Positions 39,462 through 49,771 are shown, counted from the first letter of the stretch. The stretch: DNA of 64,000 bases from Fibrobacteria bacterium (GCA_050294405.1 JBNKOC010000028.1:416001-480000), one strand, 5' to 3'. Notes: generated by a model not told the origin, from the letters alone. Program-made: numbers and translations.

Positions 39462-39913
39462 TGAAAAAGTGGTTGCTATTATGTGTGTTATTAGGGGCTA
39501 TGTTAGCTTCTAACAGCCTATATGCAAAAGACAACCCTGTTCAATTATATGTTGCCATTAATGAAGATAATGAAATTGAAGCCGTTACCCAATATGACTT
39601 GGCGAATATATTCCTGGGAAAACAAACTCTATGGGATGGAGATATAAAAATTTATCCGGCCATGTTAAATGAAGCGGATAATTCCATGGAATATTTTATT
39701 GAAACCGTATTAAACAAATCAGTTACCCAATATCGCTCGTATTGGAAAAGAAGGCTTTTTTCAGGCGGGGGAGTGGTTCCCAAAACTTTTAAAAGGCAAA
39801 AAGATATTTTGCGATATGTGGCCAAAAATGAAGGGGCAATTGGAATAACGGATAAAAAAATAGAATGGGATGGTATTAAATACATTCCCTTAAAAATGGT
39901 GGTTAAAAAATAG
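39461..39913 (+). CDS. Small periplasmic PBP-like protein (phosphate-ABC-substrate-binding-like single lobe)
   Basis: Signal peptide; LANIFLGK...W, YW.RRLFSGGG..P, YVAKNEGAIG. Confidence 0.75.
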   Translation: MKKWLLLCVLLGAMLASNSLYAKDNPVQLYVAINEDNEIEAVTQYDLANIFLGKQTLWDGDIKIYPAMLNEADNSMEYFIETVLNKSVTQYRSYWKRRLFSGGGVVPKTFKRQKDILRYVAKNEGAIGITDKKIEWDGIKYIPLKMVVKK

Positions 39914-39914
39914 C

Positions 39915-41825
39915 ATGAATTTAAAAGGAAAATTTTATTCCCTTAAGATGAAATTTATCATCTTGCTGGTTTCCTTTGTAGGCTCTTTTGTGGCCATTAT
40001 TTTCATGCATCTTTTTACTTCAGGAAATTTGAAATTTGAGTTAAACCAAGTGGAAGCTTTGGATTTTCCTCAATTTGTGGCCGCGTCGAATCTGGAGCAA
40101 CATTTTAATGAGTTAACCCGATCTTTTGAGGATGCGGTGTTGGTGGGGGAAAATGTATTGCTGGAGAGGGCCCAGGAAGAAAAGGAGATTTTTGATAAAA
40201 GTTTAATTCAGTTAGTAGAAATATCTCCTTCCAGCGAACGTTTCGAATTCGAAATATTAAGAGAACTGTTTATGCGCTATTTTGAAAATGCCAGTAAGTT
40301 GGCAGAGCTGCTTATTGAAAACAAAGCCTCTGATCTTTCTGGTTTATCCAGCGCTAATATATCCGAAAAATCTGAAATTGTTTCTTCTCTTAAAGAAAAA
40401 ATATCCGTTGCAATACGAGATATTAATGCAAGAGCCAGAGAAAAAATTTCCAATTCCTTTGGAAGGTTTAAATACAATGTCAATGTTCAAGTTTTGCGGT
40501 TTTTGGTTATAGGGGTTTTTTCCACAATTTTTATCAGTATTTTTCTGATATACCTAACAAAAAAAATTGTCTCTCCTATCCGCATATTATCCAAAATGAC
40601 TTCTGAAGTAGCCAGAGGCAATTTAAACTACGATATCAAATTTAAAAACCTGTCCAACGATGAAGTGGGAAAGTTAGCCAACTCCTTTGAAAAAATGAGA
40701 GTTGGGCTTAAGGAGACAACTGTCAGCAAAGATTATGTGGATAATATAATCCAATCCATGGCGGACGCTCTAATAGTTCTGGACAATGAATTTAAAATTG
40801 TCACAGTAAACGATGCCACCCTCAGGCGATTGCAATTTAGCGAACAGGAACTTTTGCAAAACTCTATGGATGTTATTGTCCATGGGAAAGATTTTATTAA
40901 ATGGTGTGGGGAACAAAATTTATTTAAAAAAGGATTGGTGAGCGAAAAAGAAAAATACCTGGTTACTAAATCCGGAAAAGAAATACCTGTTTTGTTTTCG
41001 GCTTCGGTATTAAAAGACTCTAAGGGTGAAAACCAGGGCATGGTTTGTTTAGCTCAGGATATTACCGCTTTAAAAGAGGCCGAGGCCGAGTTGGCTAAAC
41101 GGGCGGAAGAATTGTCCAGAAGCAATGAAGATTTGGAACAGTTTGCTTATGTGGCTTCTCATGATTTGCAAGAGCCTTTGCGAATGGTAACTAGCTACTT
41201 GCAACTGCTAAAAAAGCGCTACCAAGGAAAGCTTGGAGAGGACGCGGAAGAGTTTATCCATTACGCCGTAGATGGGGCGGTCCGTATGAAGGGGCTTATC
41301 AATGATCTTTTGGCATTTAGCAGGGTTGGACGCGGTAAAGATGATTTGGTAGAAGTTAATTTAAATGATGTTATGAGCGAGGTCAAATCACTGTTGGCAA
41401 GTTCTTTGGAAGAAAAAAAAGGAACACTTGTCTATTCTACCCTCCCCAACCTGCTTTCAGATAAACGCATGATGATTCAGTTGTTTCAAAACATTGTTAG
41501 CAATGGCCTGAAATATTGCGACAAAGAAAACCCAAGAGTTGAGATATTGGCGCGATCCAAGGAAGATTGGGTTACCATAACAATAAAGGATAATGGAATA
41601 GGCATGGAACAAAAGTACCTGGAAAAAATATTTGTCATATTCCAAAGATTGCATACAAAACAGGAATATCCGGGAACGGGCATTGGTCTTGCCATTTGCA
41701 AAAAAATTGTGGAGCGCCATGGAGGTAAAATTTGGGTAGAATCTGAATTAGGGGGAGGTTCTGCTTTTCACTTTGAATTGCCTTTGTATAATTCGGAAAA
41801 TAAAAAGGAAGGCGAAAATGCATAA
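39915..41825 (+). CDS. Membrane sensor histidine kinase (2 TM, periplasmic helical domain, HAMP, PAS, Cph1-type kinase core)
   Basis: HAMP DEVGKLANSF; PAS; SNEDLEQFAYVASHDLQEPLR; FQRLH...GTGIGLAIC. Confidence 0.92.
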   Translation: MNLKGKFYSLKMKFIILLVSFVGSFVAIIFMHLFTSGNLKFELNQVEALDFPQFVAASNLEQHFNELTRSFEDAVLVGENVLLERAQEEKEIFDKSLIQLVEISPSSERFEFEILRELFMRYFENASKLAELLIENKASDLSGLSSANISEKSEIVSSLKEKISVAIRDINARAREKISNSFGRFKYNVNVQVLRFLVIGVFSTIFISIFLIYLTKKIVSPIRILSKMTSEVARGNLNYDIKFKNLSNDEVGKLANSFEKMRVGLKETTVSKDYVDNIIQSMADALIVLDNEFKIVTVNDATLRRLQFSEQELLQNSMDVIVHGKDFIKWCGEQNLFKKGLVSEKEKYLVTKSGKEIPVLFSASVLKDSKGENQGMVCLAQDITALKEAEAELAKRAEELSRSNEDLEQFAYVASHDLQEPLRMVTSYLQLLKKRYQGKLGEDAEEFIHYAVDGAVRMKGLINDLLAFSRVGRGKDDLVEVNLNDVMSEVKSLLASSLEEKKGTLVYSTLPNLLSDKRMMIQLFQNIVSNGLKYCDKENPRVEILARSKEDWVTITIKDNGIGMEQKYLEKIFVIFQRLHTKQEYPGTGIGLAICKKIVERHGGKIWVESELGGGSAFHFELPLYNSENKKEGENA

Positions 41826-41837
41826 AGGAGAAAAAAG

Positions 41838-42263
41838 ATTTTAACTAAAATCAATATTTTGCTGGTGGAGGATAATGCGGGTGATATCCGTTTAACTCAG
41901 GAAGCTTTGAAGGAGATTATTCCCAAAGCTGCTATCGAGATATGTAAAGACGGAAAAGAAGCGTTTGAATATTTAAACTCCAATTTAAAAACGGGCAATT
42001 TACCCCAGTTGATTTTACTGGATTTAAATCTTCCTAGAATGGGAGGGTTGGAATTATTGGAGTTGTTGAAAAGCCATGGAGATTTGAGGAGGATTCCCAT
42101 AGTTATTTTAACCACTTCCACGCACGAACAGGATATTAAAACCAGTTACGATTTACATGCCAATTGTTATTTAACTAAGCCTATTGAACTGGACCATTTC
42201 TTAAAGGTTGTGGAGTCTTTAAATAATTTTTGGTTTAACAATGTTACTTTTCCCCCTACATAA
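41838..42263 (+). CDS. Single-domain response regulator, Rcp1-like; start codon unusual
   Basis: Motifs ILLVEDN, LILLDLNLP, LTTS, ANCYLTKP. AGGAG lies 7 nt before an in-frame ATT at 41838. Confidence 0.85.
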   Translation: MLTKINILLVEDNAGDIRLTQEALKEIIPKAAIEICKDGKEAFEYLNSNLKTGNLPQLILLDLNLPRMGGLELLELLKSHGDLRRIPIVILTTSTHEQDIKTSYDLHANCYLTKPIELDHFLKVVESLNNFWFNNVTFPPT

Positions 42264-42266
42264 AAT

Positions 42267-43403
42267 ATGTTTCAGTCAAGTGTCCATTTACTAATTATAG
42301 ACGATAATCCAGGGGATGTGTTATTGGTTCGCGAGTATTTGAGCGATGCTCCTCAGGAATTTCATTTGTATACGGCTGGAACTCTGGCAGAGGGGTTGGA
42401 AATGGCCCGAAAATCTCCAGTACATATTATTTTGCTGGATTTATCTCTGCCTGACAGCCACGGTATGGAAAGTTTTGATAAGCTATCCCACGAAGTGCAC
42501 GGTATACCCATAATTATTTTAACGGGAATATCCGATCAACAAATAGCCCTTCAGGCTGTTCGGCGGGGCGCACAAGATTATTTAATGAAAGACGATTTGT
42601 CTTCGGGGCTTTTGTCGCGGTCCATACGTTATTCATTAGAGCGTTTTATGGCTGATGAAAAACGACGCTGGCTTGAGACAAAAATGCTTTATTCTCAAAA
42701 GTTAGAATCCCTGAGCGTACTAAGCGGAAGCGTAGCCCAAAACTTTAACAGTCTGCTAAAAGCCATTATTGGGAATGCCGATGTGGCTATGAAAAAAGTA
42801 AAGCCGGAAGATTCGGTTTTCAGAAATCTCGAAATTATAAAAAATTCAGCTACAGAAGCATCTGATTTATCCAGACAGATGTTAGTGTATTCGGATATGG
42901 GTAGAATTGGGATAAATAAAATAAACATTTCCCAGCTCATTGACGAATTAAAACCTTTGATTTCGTCCACAGTAAATGGCTACGCCAATTTAAGTTATCG
43001 ATTGGCGGAAGACTTACCAAGTCTCAAAGCAGATGTATCTCAATTAAAACAGATGATTTTAAACATTGTGACTAATGCAGCCGAAGCTATGGGTAATAAA
43101 AAAGGCAATATTTTAATATCCACTTATTTGGAAAATCAAAATGCGGCGGCAAAAGACTATAAGCTTCCTCTATTTTCCGAAAAACATTTAGTTCTTTCCA
43201 TTGAGGATAATGGAGTGGGAATAAACAAAGAAGCCCTGTCTAAAATAACGGAGCCGTTTTACACTACTAAATATTCCGGTCGGGGTCTTGGCATGGCGGC
43301 AGCCAAAGGAGTAGCCACAGGCCATGGAGGGGATATTCGAATTGTAAGCGAAGAAGGGGTTGGGACAACCGTCCATGTTATTTTGCCCGTGACAGAAGTA
43401 TAA
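42267..43403 (+). CDS. REC-HisKA-HATPase protein with Gln in place of the phospho-acceptor His
   Basis: REC LLDLSLPD; QKLESLSVLSGSVAQNFNSLL; NIVTNAAEA, DNGVG, PFYTTK, GRGLGM. Confidence 0.85.
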   Translation: MFQSSVHLLIIDDNPGDVLLVREYLSDAPQEFHLYTAGTLAEGLEMARKSPVHIILLDLSLPDSHGMESFDKLSHEVHGIPIIILTGISDQQIALQAVRRGAQDYLMKDDLSSGLLSRSIRYSLERFMADEKRRWLETKMLYSQKLESLSVLSGSVAQNFNSLLKAIIGNADVAMKKVKPEDSVFRNLEIIKNSATEASDLSRQMLVYSDMGRIGINKINISQLIDELKPLISSTVNGYANLSYRLAEDLPSLKADVSQLKQMILNIVTNAAEAMGNKKGNILISTYLENQNAAAKDYKLPLFSEKHLVLSIEDNGVGINKEALSKITEPFYTTKYSGRGLGMAAAKGVATGHGGDIRIVSEEGVGTTVHVILPVTEV

Positions 43404-43412
43404 ACTCCACAA

Positions 43413-45089
43413 TTAGGAAACTAATAACTTCAAAAAGGCATCTATTTCTTTGCGGGTTGTTTTTGGGTTTAAAAAAACAGCTTTTTCTCCGGGGATTCCC
43501 AAAAATTGATTTTTGGAATCATAACTGGAATGGGCAATGCTCTCCACCCAATTTGTAAAGAGAGCTTTTTTACCCCTCTTTTTAAAAATGCCATGGTGGT
43601 AGTTTGTATTTCTTCTGAGCCGGTTTCTGTATTCCTTGGTGTCTTTTTTTATGTATTCATAATGGAATTCCAAATTGGCGCTGCTTACATATTTTGGATT
43701 GTAAATTCTAAATCCCACACTTGGCCCCTGATTTTCGGAACTCAGTACTTTAACATGTTTTAATCGGCCTAATTTTGAACGGAAATAATTTGCGTTTTGC
43801 AAGCAATGTGCAATAATGGTTTGGTATCCCCGGCTGCCTAAATAATATAAAGAGGCAAATGCGCCATAGACTCCAACCGCGCTTCTGGAACATTCAATAG
43901 TGCTTTGAAGATGGGTGTGCCCTTGCGTTTCCCGGTCAAAATAGCCGAAATTATCCGGGTCATTTTCCATGGCTCTTAAATCGTTTCTGTTTTTTACCAT
44001 AACCAGGCTTGAGGTATAAGGGACATAGCCCCATTTTTGAAAGTCAACAGTAAAGGAGTCAGCATATTTAAGTTCTTTAAACTTGAGGCGCAATTTTTTA
44101 AGACCTTCCAGGGTGGCTTGATTTATTCCTAATGGGTTTTTAGTGAAGTTATAGTCCAGAAAAAACAACATATTCCAGCCCACAGCCGAGTCCACGTGAA
44201 TATGTGGCTTGATTTTAATATCATACTTTTCACACAAACGGTTTCTGATATCGTATATGGGCTTCACCCTATCAACGCCAAATGTATCTGTTGTTCCCAT
44301 GGTTAACATAATGGAAGGCACAATACATTTTAACCTAAAACAGGATTCTAACTGAAATTCAAAATCCTTAACATCCATGTCATTTGTTTCGCTAACCTTG
44401 ATACGGATGGTTTTTTCCTTAATGTTGACTCCTAGTAAAGACAGGTTGATTGTATTGGAATAGTGACCGCCCTGGCTATTTATGATGCGGTAATCGTGGA
44501 TGTATCCCATGCCAAAGTGTTTGGCTTCGGGTAAGGATTTTCTAATACCGAATAAATAGCCATACAAGTTGCAAAAGGTACCTCCTTGGGTAAAAATCCC
44601 GGTGGCTGCTTTTGGATTGTATCCGGCAAGTTTAGCCATTATTTCTATAACATGGTTTTCCAAGTCCACAGTCATGCCCGAGTATTCTCTATGCACTAAA
44701 TTGGCATTGGCTAATATCCCCAGCAAACTACCATAAATTGCCGGATCGGAGGGAAGGCTTACCACATTTTCCACAGCTGAAGGGTTTTCCCAATTTTTGG
44801 AATATATGGCAGCTCCTTTTAATAATTTGTTTCCAACTCCCCATAATTTTTCTCCACTGAGGTGAAGGTTGGTTTTGTGTTTAAAATGATTTAACAGCTT
44901 TTTGGTGTGGCTGTCTTCCACTAATTCTCCGTGGTGTTTTTTTCGGTTATTACGCGCTTGCACTACCTCTGAAATATCAGAGTTTCCAAAAATAGGCCAA
45001 AAACGAGGGTTCCGGGAAAAGCACTGTTCAATGATCTTTTCATAGTGGAATACAAATTTTTGGGAGAGAAGGTTCTTTTGCTGGGACAT
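43413..45089 (-). CDS. Group II PLP-dependent decarboxylase, substrate unknown
   Basis: Motifs FTQGGT, HYS, MGTT, HVDSAVG, ADSFTVDFQKWG (PLP Lys), ECSR. Confidence 0.85.
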   Translation of the reverse strand: MSQQKNLLSQKFVFHYEKIIEQCFSRNPRFWPIFGNSDISEVVQARNNRKKHHGELVEDSHTKKLLNHFKHKTNLHLSGEKLWGVGNKLLKGAAIYSKNWENPSAVENVVSLPSDPAIYGSLLGILANANLVHREYSGMTVDLENHVIEIMAKLAGYNPKAATGIFTQGGTFCNLYGYLFGIRKSLPEAKHFGMGYIHDYRIINSQGGHYSNTINLSLLGVNIKEKTIRIKVSETNDMDVKDFEFQLESCFRLKCIVPSIMLTMGTTDTFGVDRVKPIYDIRNRLCEKYDIKIKPHIHVDSAVGWNMLFFLDYNFTKNPLGINQATLEGLKKLRLKFKELKYADSFTVDFQKWGYVPYTSSLVMVKNRNDLRAMENDPDNFGYFDRETQGHTHLQSTIECSRSAVGVYGAFASLYYLGSRGYQTIIAHCLQNANYFRSKLGRLKHVKVLSSENQGPSVGFRIYNPKYVSSANLEFHYEYIKKDTKEYRNRLRRNTNYHHGIFKKRGKKALFTNWVESIAHSSYDSKNQFLGIPGEKAVFLNPKTTRKEIDAFLKLLVS

Positions 45090-45175
45090 AATTGGCTATA
45101 TTTAAAAGTTTTTAGTTATGAAATAAACCTAATAGGGACTAAAAGCAAATCTATTTCTTTTTAAAGTGAAATTTT

Positions 45176-45784
45176 ATGAAGCAACTATTCGCAATAATAT
45201 TTTTTTTTACCACGTTGGGTTTTGGAGTAGAAGTCGGGTTGAATCCCGATTACAGCCTCGATAAAGAAAAAATAAAAAAGATTTATTTTGATGGAGACTT
45301 TGAACAGGTTCAAAAAACTCTGGAAGAATTCAGGCAGCATAATAGCGCTCCCTCAAATGAAGATCTTGTTTTTGTGTATAAATTTTTATCCGTAGTGTAC
45401 GCCGCCGATTCAAAAAGCCGGGATAAAGCCGAAAGTTATATGTATCAGCTTTTGAAACTAACTCCAACCGTTAACTTAATTGATATGTTTGTTTCGGAAA
45501 ATATCGAACTCATTTTCAAAAATGTGAAGTCTAAGTATGAACAGGAAAGCGAATACCACGAACAGCTAAGTACAGGTAAAAGTAAAAACGGAAAAAAAAC
45601 AGGCATTGAAAAACAACAACCTTTGAATCCCAAACCAGCTGACAGTTCTCAACCGAAGAAAAAATCAAAGGCATGGGTCTATTGGGCTGCCGGTGGCGGA
45701 GTCCTTGCTGCCACAGTGGTAGGCTTTTTGGTTTTAAGCCCAGACGAAAACAAATCCTCGGATGAAAAAGTGGGGGAATTCTAG
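45176..45784 (+). CDS. Hypothetical exported protein with a C-terminal membrane anchor
   Basis: Signal peptide; helical body; KKKSKAWVYWAAGGGVLAATVVGFLVL. Confidence 0.6.
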   Translation: MKQLFAIIFFFTTLGFGVEVGLNPDYSLDKEKIKKIYFDGDFEQVQKTLEEFRQHNSAPSNEDLVFVYKFLSVVYAADSKSRDKAESYMYQLLKLTPTVNLIDMFVSENIELIFKNVKSKYEQESEYHEQLSTGKSKNGKKTGIEKQQPLNPKPADSSQPKKKSKAWVYWAAGGGVLAATVVGFLVLSPDENKSSDEKVGEF

Positions 45785-45785
45785 C

Positions 45786-48458
45786 ATGAAGTACGTTGTT
45801 GGCATATTGTTTTCTATATGGCTTATCTCCTGCCTTGGCGTGGTTGAAAAAGGAGACGAAGGAAATAAGTTCATTGAACTGAGCTCCATCGATGAAGACT
45901 CATACGATTATTTAGTTCTATACAAAATAGATACAACTTCTTCCGACACCAGTTTAATTTGGGAATGGGAAAAGGGAGAGGAGTTTGATTCCAAAATAAT
46001 TTTGGGGGAAGAGATTGGAGACAATGAGCGAATTTTGTTAATGGGAGTCAAAAATAATGTTGTTACCTATGCTAAATCCATGAAATTTAACGGAGGGAAA
46101 AGTAATGGAAACGCTCAAAATGAGAATGACATCATTGGAACCGAATATTTCTTTGAATTAAAAATAAGCCTGGAGCCCACGGATCAGCAAGTCAATGTGG
46201 GGGACGCAGCCCAGTTCCAGATAAATGTAGTTGGAAAGGGACAGGTTTTCTACCAGTGGTATCAAAATGGAGAGCTGCTTGACGGGAAAACCGCAAAACT
46301 TCTGAATATTCCTAATGTAAGTAAATCAGATAGTGGAAATACTTATTATGCCAGTGTGAAGGATACTGCGGGGAATGAAATTTTGAGTAATACAGCCAGG
46401 CTATTGGTTTATGCAGATGAAGATTTTCCGGTAAATTGGAAAATCAATGTTCAATCCGATACGTTGGGGACTACCAATCCAAGCGGAACTATAATTTTAG
46501 GACGAGATTCTATAGAAGTGAGTGCTACGGCTAAAGAGGGTTATTACTTTAAAGAATGGACAGTGGAGGTTGGACAGGTTTTTATCACAGATCCCCTTGC
46601 CTCTACCACATACATTAAGCTTAGTGGCGGAGATGGGTCTATTAAGGCTAATTTCAGCTCAAATAAAACGCCAAGCATATCCTTTTCACAACCTGATTCC
46701 AATTCCCAATTTTTAAAGGGTGAAAATGTATCCTTTTCCATTTTGGCTGAGGATGAAGATGGAAGTGTGGAAAATGTGGTTGTATTTGAAAACGGCAATC
46801 AATTGATAACCTTATCCACAAGTCCGTTTAATTTTGCCTACAAGTTTGATGAAGCTGGACCTCATGTAATTAAAGCGATTGCCACAGATGATTCCCAAGG
46901 TTCAAAATCTGCCATGTTAAATATTGAAATCTATGCTATACCCGAATTTGATAGTTTTCCCCAAGATTTAGATGTGATTAAGGGGGAACCCATACGGTTT
47001 GATTTTTCTGTTGCTCCTGGGTCTTACCCCGATGTGAGCTATACCTGGACGTATTTAGGCAGTTCCGTGGACACGTTATCTACGGATTCCCTCCTTGAAA
47101 TAGAAGACAGTGAATATGACCATGAGGGTTGGTACCAATTAATTGTATCAAATGAGGCCGGCGTATTAAAATCTGAATCCCTTTATGTCTCTGTCCAAGA
47201 CACCGTAAAACCTGTTATTACCCTTATTGGAGCAGATACGATTATTGGAGTGGGGCAAGCTTATGAAGATTTAGGGGCCACAGCGTTGGATGATAGAGAT
47301 GGAGAATTGATTCCCAGCACAGAATCAAAATCATTAAGGCCCACCAGTCCGGGCACTGTTTTGATAACATATACTGCAAGTGATAGTTCAGGAAACGTGG
47401 CTGAAGTGAGTAGAAGTATAACTGTTCTTGGTTGGGAATTGCTGGGAAAAACGGCCCTTGAGGATTTAAGTGATTATTCCAGTTTTGGGGGAATTGCCAC
47501 AGATTGGAATGAAAATGTTTTAATGATGGGAAAAGACGAAAGTTATTTTTACAGTAATGTGGAAGAATCCTGGGTTAAAGTAAACCTGATTAATTTTGAC
47601 GGTATTCCGGTTGAGGGAGAAAGGTGGACAGTTCGATTACGAACATCACCTGTGGATGGTAGTATACATGTTTCCAACCATAATTACATGGATCTAAATA
47701 CCTGGATTTATAAAAATGGCGATTGGGAACAAAGTATATCAGAAAGAATTTACGCTATTAATGGCAATAATAACTATGACTACGCGCTTACACCAATAGA
47801 TGGCAAAGAAGTGTTCGTTTATATGCAAGACTATACCTTAACCTGGTACGACGAAAATGGCACTAATAACCACATAAACAACCACTATATTGCAGAGACA
47901 GGTTATTGCGCTGGACATGTGGATATAAATGAGTCTGCCTATGTTTCTTTTCAAAACAATAATAATGATATTTTAGGATTAGTGAAGAGGGACACGGGTT
48001 GGGTGACTCTTGGGCGTCCTTTGCGCTCAGAAGCCAATGAAAATACGAGGCTTGAAATCCATTCAGACTCCAGTTTAATCCCATATTTTTTCGTCCACGA
48101 TGTGGGTTCAGGGGATGTTCCCCTTATTAATTATTGGAATGGATCCGCTTGGGTTGACATATCTCAAGGCTTACCAGCTGCTTTTCAGGCTGATTTTCTA
48201 ATATCAGAAAGCGGAGAAGTCGTAGTGGCGGCCATTACAACGAAGCAAGGTGCTTCTGCTAATTCGTCGGTGGAAATTTTTAAATTCAATGGAGAGGAGT
48301 GGGAGCCTTTTTTTGATGTAGCAGGTGAAATTCCCAATACAATTTCAGCAGGTAGTTATTCCGAAATTGAGCTTATCAAATCCAAGAACAATATTTATTA
48401 TCTGGCCTGTCTCAGCCCAGTGAAAATTTCAGTCTGGAAATTTGGAAATTTAAGATGA
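45786..48458 (+). CDS. Large multi-Ig-domain surface lipoprotein (Ig, InlB-like repeat, Big, DUF5011-like, C-terminal propeller-like)
   Basis: Lipobox LISC; YQWYQNG, AKEGYYFKEW, DEDGSVENV, DTVKPVITLIG...DLGATALDDRDG...YTASDSSGN. Confidence 0.75.
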   Translation: MKYVVGILFSIWLISCLGVVEKGDEGNKFIELSSIDEDSYDYLVLYKIDTTSSDTSLIWEWEKGEEFDSKIILGEEIGDNERILLMGVKNNVVTYAKSMKFNGGKSNGNAQNENDIIGTEYFFELKISLEPTDQQVNVGDAAQFQINVVGKGQVFYQWYQNGELLDGKTAKLLNIPNVSKSDSGNTYYASVKDTAGNEILSNTARLLVYADEDFPVNWKINVQSDTLGTTNPSGTIILGRDSIEVSATAKEGYYFKEWTVEVGQVFITDPLASTTYIKLSGGDGSIKANFSSNKTPSISFSQPDSNSQFLKGENVSFSILAEDEDGSVENVVVFENGNQLITLSTSPFNFAYKFDEAGPHVIKAIATDDSQGSKSAMLNIEIYAIPEFDSFPQDLDVIKGEPIRFDFSVAPGSYPDVSYTWTYLGSSVDTLSTDSLLEIEDSEYDHEGWYQLIVSNEAGVLKSESLYVSVQDTVKPVITLIGADTIIGVGQAYEDLGATALDDRDGELIPSTESKSLRPTSPGTVLITYTASDSSGNVAEVSRSITVLGWELLGKTALEDLSDYSSFGGIATDWNENVLMMGKDESYFYSNVEESWVKVNLINFDGIPVEGERWTVRLRTSPVDGSIHVSNHNYMDLNTWIYKNGDWEQSISERIYAINGNNNYDYALTPIDGKEVFVYMQDYTLTWYDENGTNNHINNHYIAETGYCAGHVDINESAYVSFQNNNNDILGLVKRDTGWVTLGRPLRSEANENTRLEIHSDSSLIPYFFVHDVGSGDVPLINYWNGSAWVDISQGLPAAFQADFLISESGEVVVAAITTKQGASANSSVEIFKFNGEEWEPFFDVAGEIPNTISAGSYSEIELIKSKNNIYYLACLSPVKISVWKFGNLR

Positions 48459-49633
48459 AAATGTTTTACATAAGCTTTTTTATTCCAGTTTTTATTTGGT
48501 TTGGCTTTTCTTTGGCGCAAATACCAAATCCAATAGAATTAACACCACTAATTGGAACCTCATCCGATGGAAAATTGGATAACCCCCTTGGCATGGAGGA
48601 AATACCTGGTAAAAAAGGCTTTTTTATAATCTATGAATGGGAAGGTAAAATAGTTTTAGCCAGTCCAACTGAATTGGGTTATGTGACTAAAACTCTTGTA
48701 AACATAAGGGTTGATTCCAGGCACAATGAAAAAGGCTTGTTGGGTTTGGATTTCCATCCCAATTTTTCTCAAAACTTTAAATATTACATAAACTATACAT
48801 ATAACGATAAAACTTTTATCGAGGAAAGAAAGCTCACTAAAGACTTAGTTGCAGATGCGGGCCATTCAAAAGTAATAATGGCCATTCCTCAGCCTTGGGG
48901 CAACCACAATGGCGGCACCGTACAATTTGGTCCCGATAATATGCTATACATTGGCACAGGGGATGGGGGAAGTGGTGGCGATCCAAAAAATTATGCCCAA
49001 CAATTAGGGAATTGGCTGGGAAAAATTTTAAGGATTGATGTGGATAATCCCAGTGGAGGGAAAAATTATTCAATCCCCTCCGATAATCCCTTTGTAGATC
49101 AAAAAAATGCCAGGGGTGAAATTTGGGCTTACGGTTTGAGGAATCCCTGGAAGTTTTCCTTTGACCGGGAAACAGGAATTATCTGGGCCGGAGATGTGGG
49201 GCAACATTGGAGAGAAGAGATTACCCTAATTGAAAAAGGAGATAATTTAGGTTGGAAAATAAAAGAAGGCTTCACTTGTTTTAATTGGGATGGAGGCAAT
49301 AGAGCTTCATGGACCACACCACTGGAAAAATGCAACCAAAAGGGATTAAGAGAACCTTTAGTGGATTTAACCAGAGATGAAGGGGCATCGGTTATTGGTG
49401 GATATGTATATCGCAAAAACAAAAACTCCCCTTTCTACGGGGTTTATTTTTACTCTGATTACTACGGGAAAAATATTTGGGCTTTGCGTGAAAAAAACAA
49501 CAAAGTCTTGGAAAAGCAAATTGTGGCCCGAGTGAACACTCCTTCCAGTTTTGCGGAGGATTCTGAGGGAAATGTATACGTTATCAGCCGCAATAAGGGA
49601 ATAGTATATAGGCTCAGCCACCCTCAATTCTAA
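48455..49633 (+). CDS. PQQ-dependent sugar dehydrogenase family, no CTD
   Basis: Motifs GLLGLDFHP, NHNGG, GDGG, YGLRNPW, GDVG. Confidence 0.87.
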   Translation: MKMFYISFFIPVFIWFGFSLAQIPNPIELTPLIGTSSDGKLDNPLGMEEIPGKKGFFIIYEWEGKIVLASPTELGYVTKTLVNIRVDSRHNEKGLLGLDFHPNFSQNFKYYINYTYNDKTFIEERKLTKDLVADAGHSKVIMAIPQPWGNHNGGTVQFGPDNMLYIGTGDGGSGGDPKNYAQQLGNWLGKILRIDVDNPSGGKNYSIPSDNPFVDQKNARGEIWAYGLRNPWKFSFDRETGIIWAGDVGQHWREEITLIEKGDNLGWKIKEGFTCFNWDGGNRASWTTPLEKCNQKGLREPLVDLTRDEGASVIGGYVYRKNKNSPFYGVYFYSDYYGKNIWALREKNNKVLEKQIVARVNTPSSFAEDSEGNVYVISRNKGIVYRLSHPQF

Positions 49634-49771
49634 GCCATTTTTAATTTGAAAAAATTCCAAATGGGGATTAATTATTCCAATTTTATAGGACAAATTGTCC
49701 AGCTATCCTCAATTTTTCCTCGCTAAGATTATATTTAAGCTGGGTTTAGGTGGGACGTAAAGGGTGTTTTT

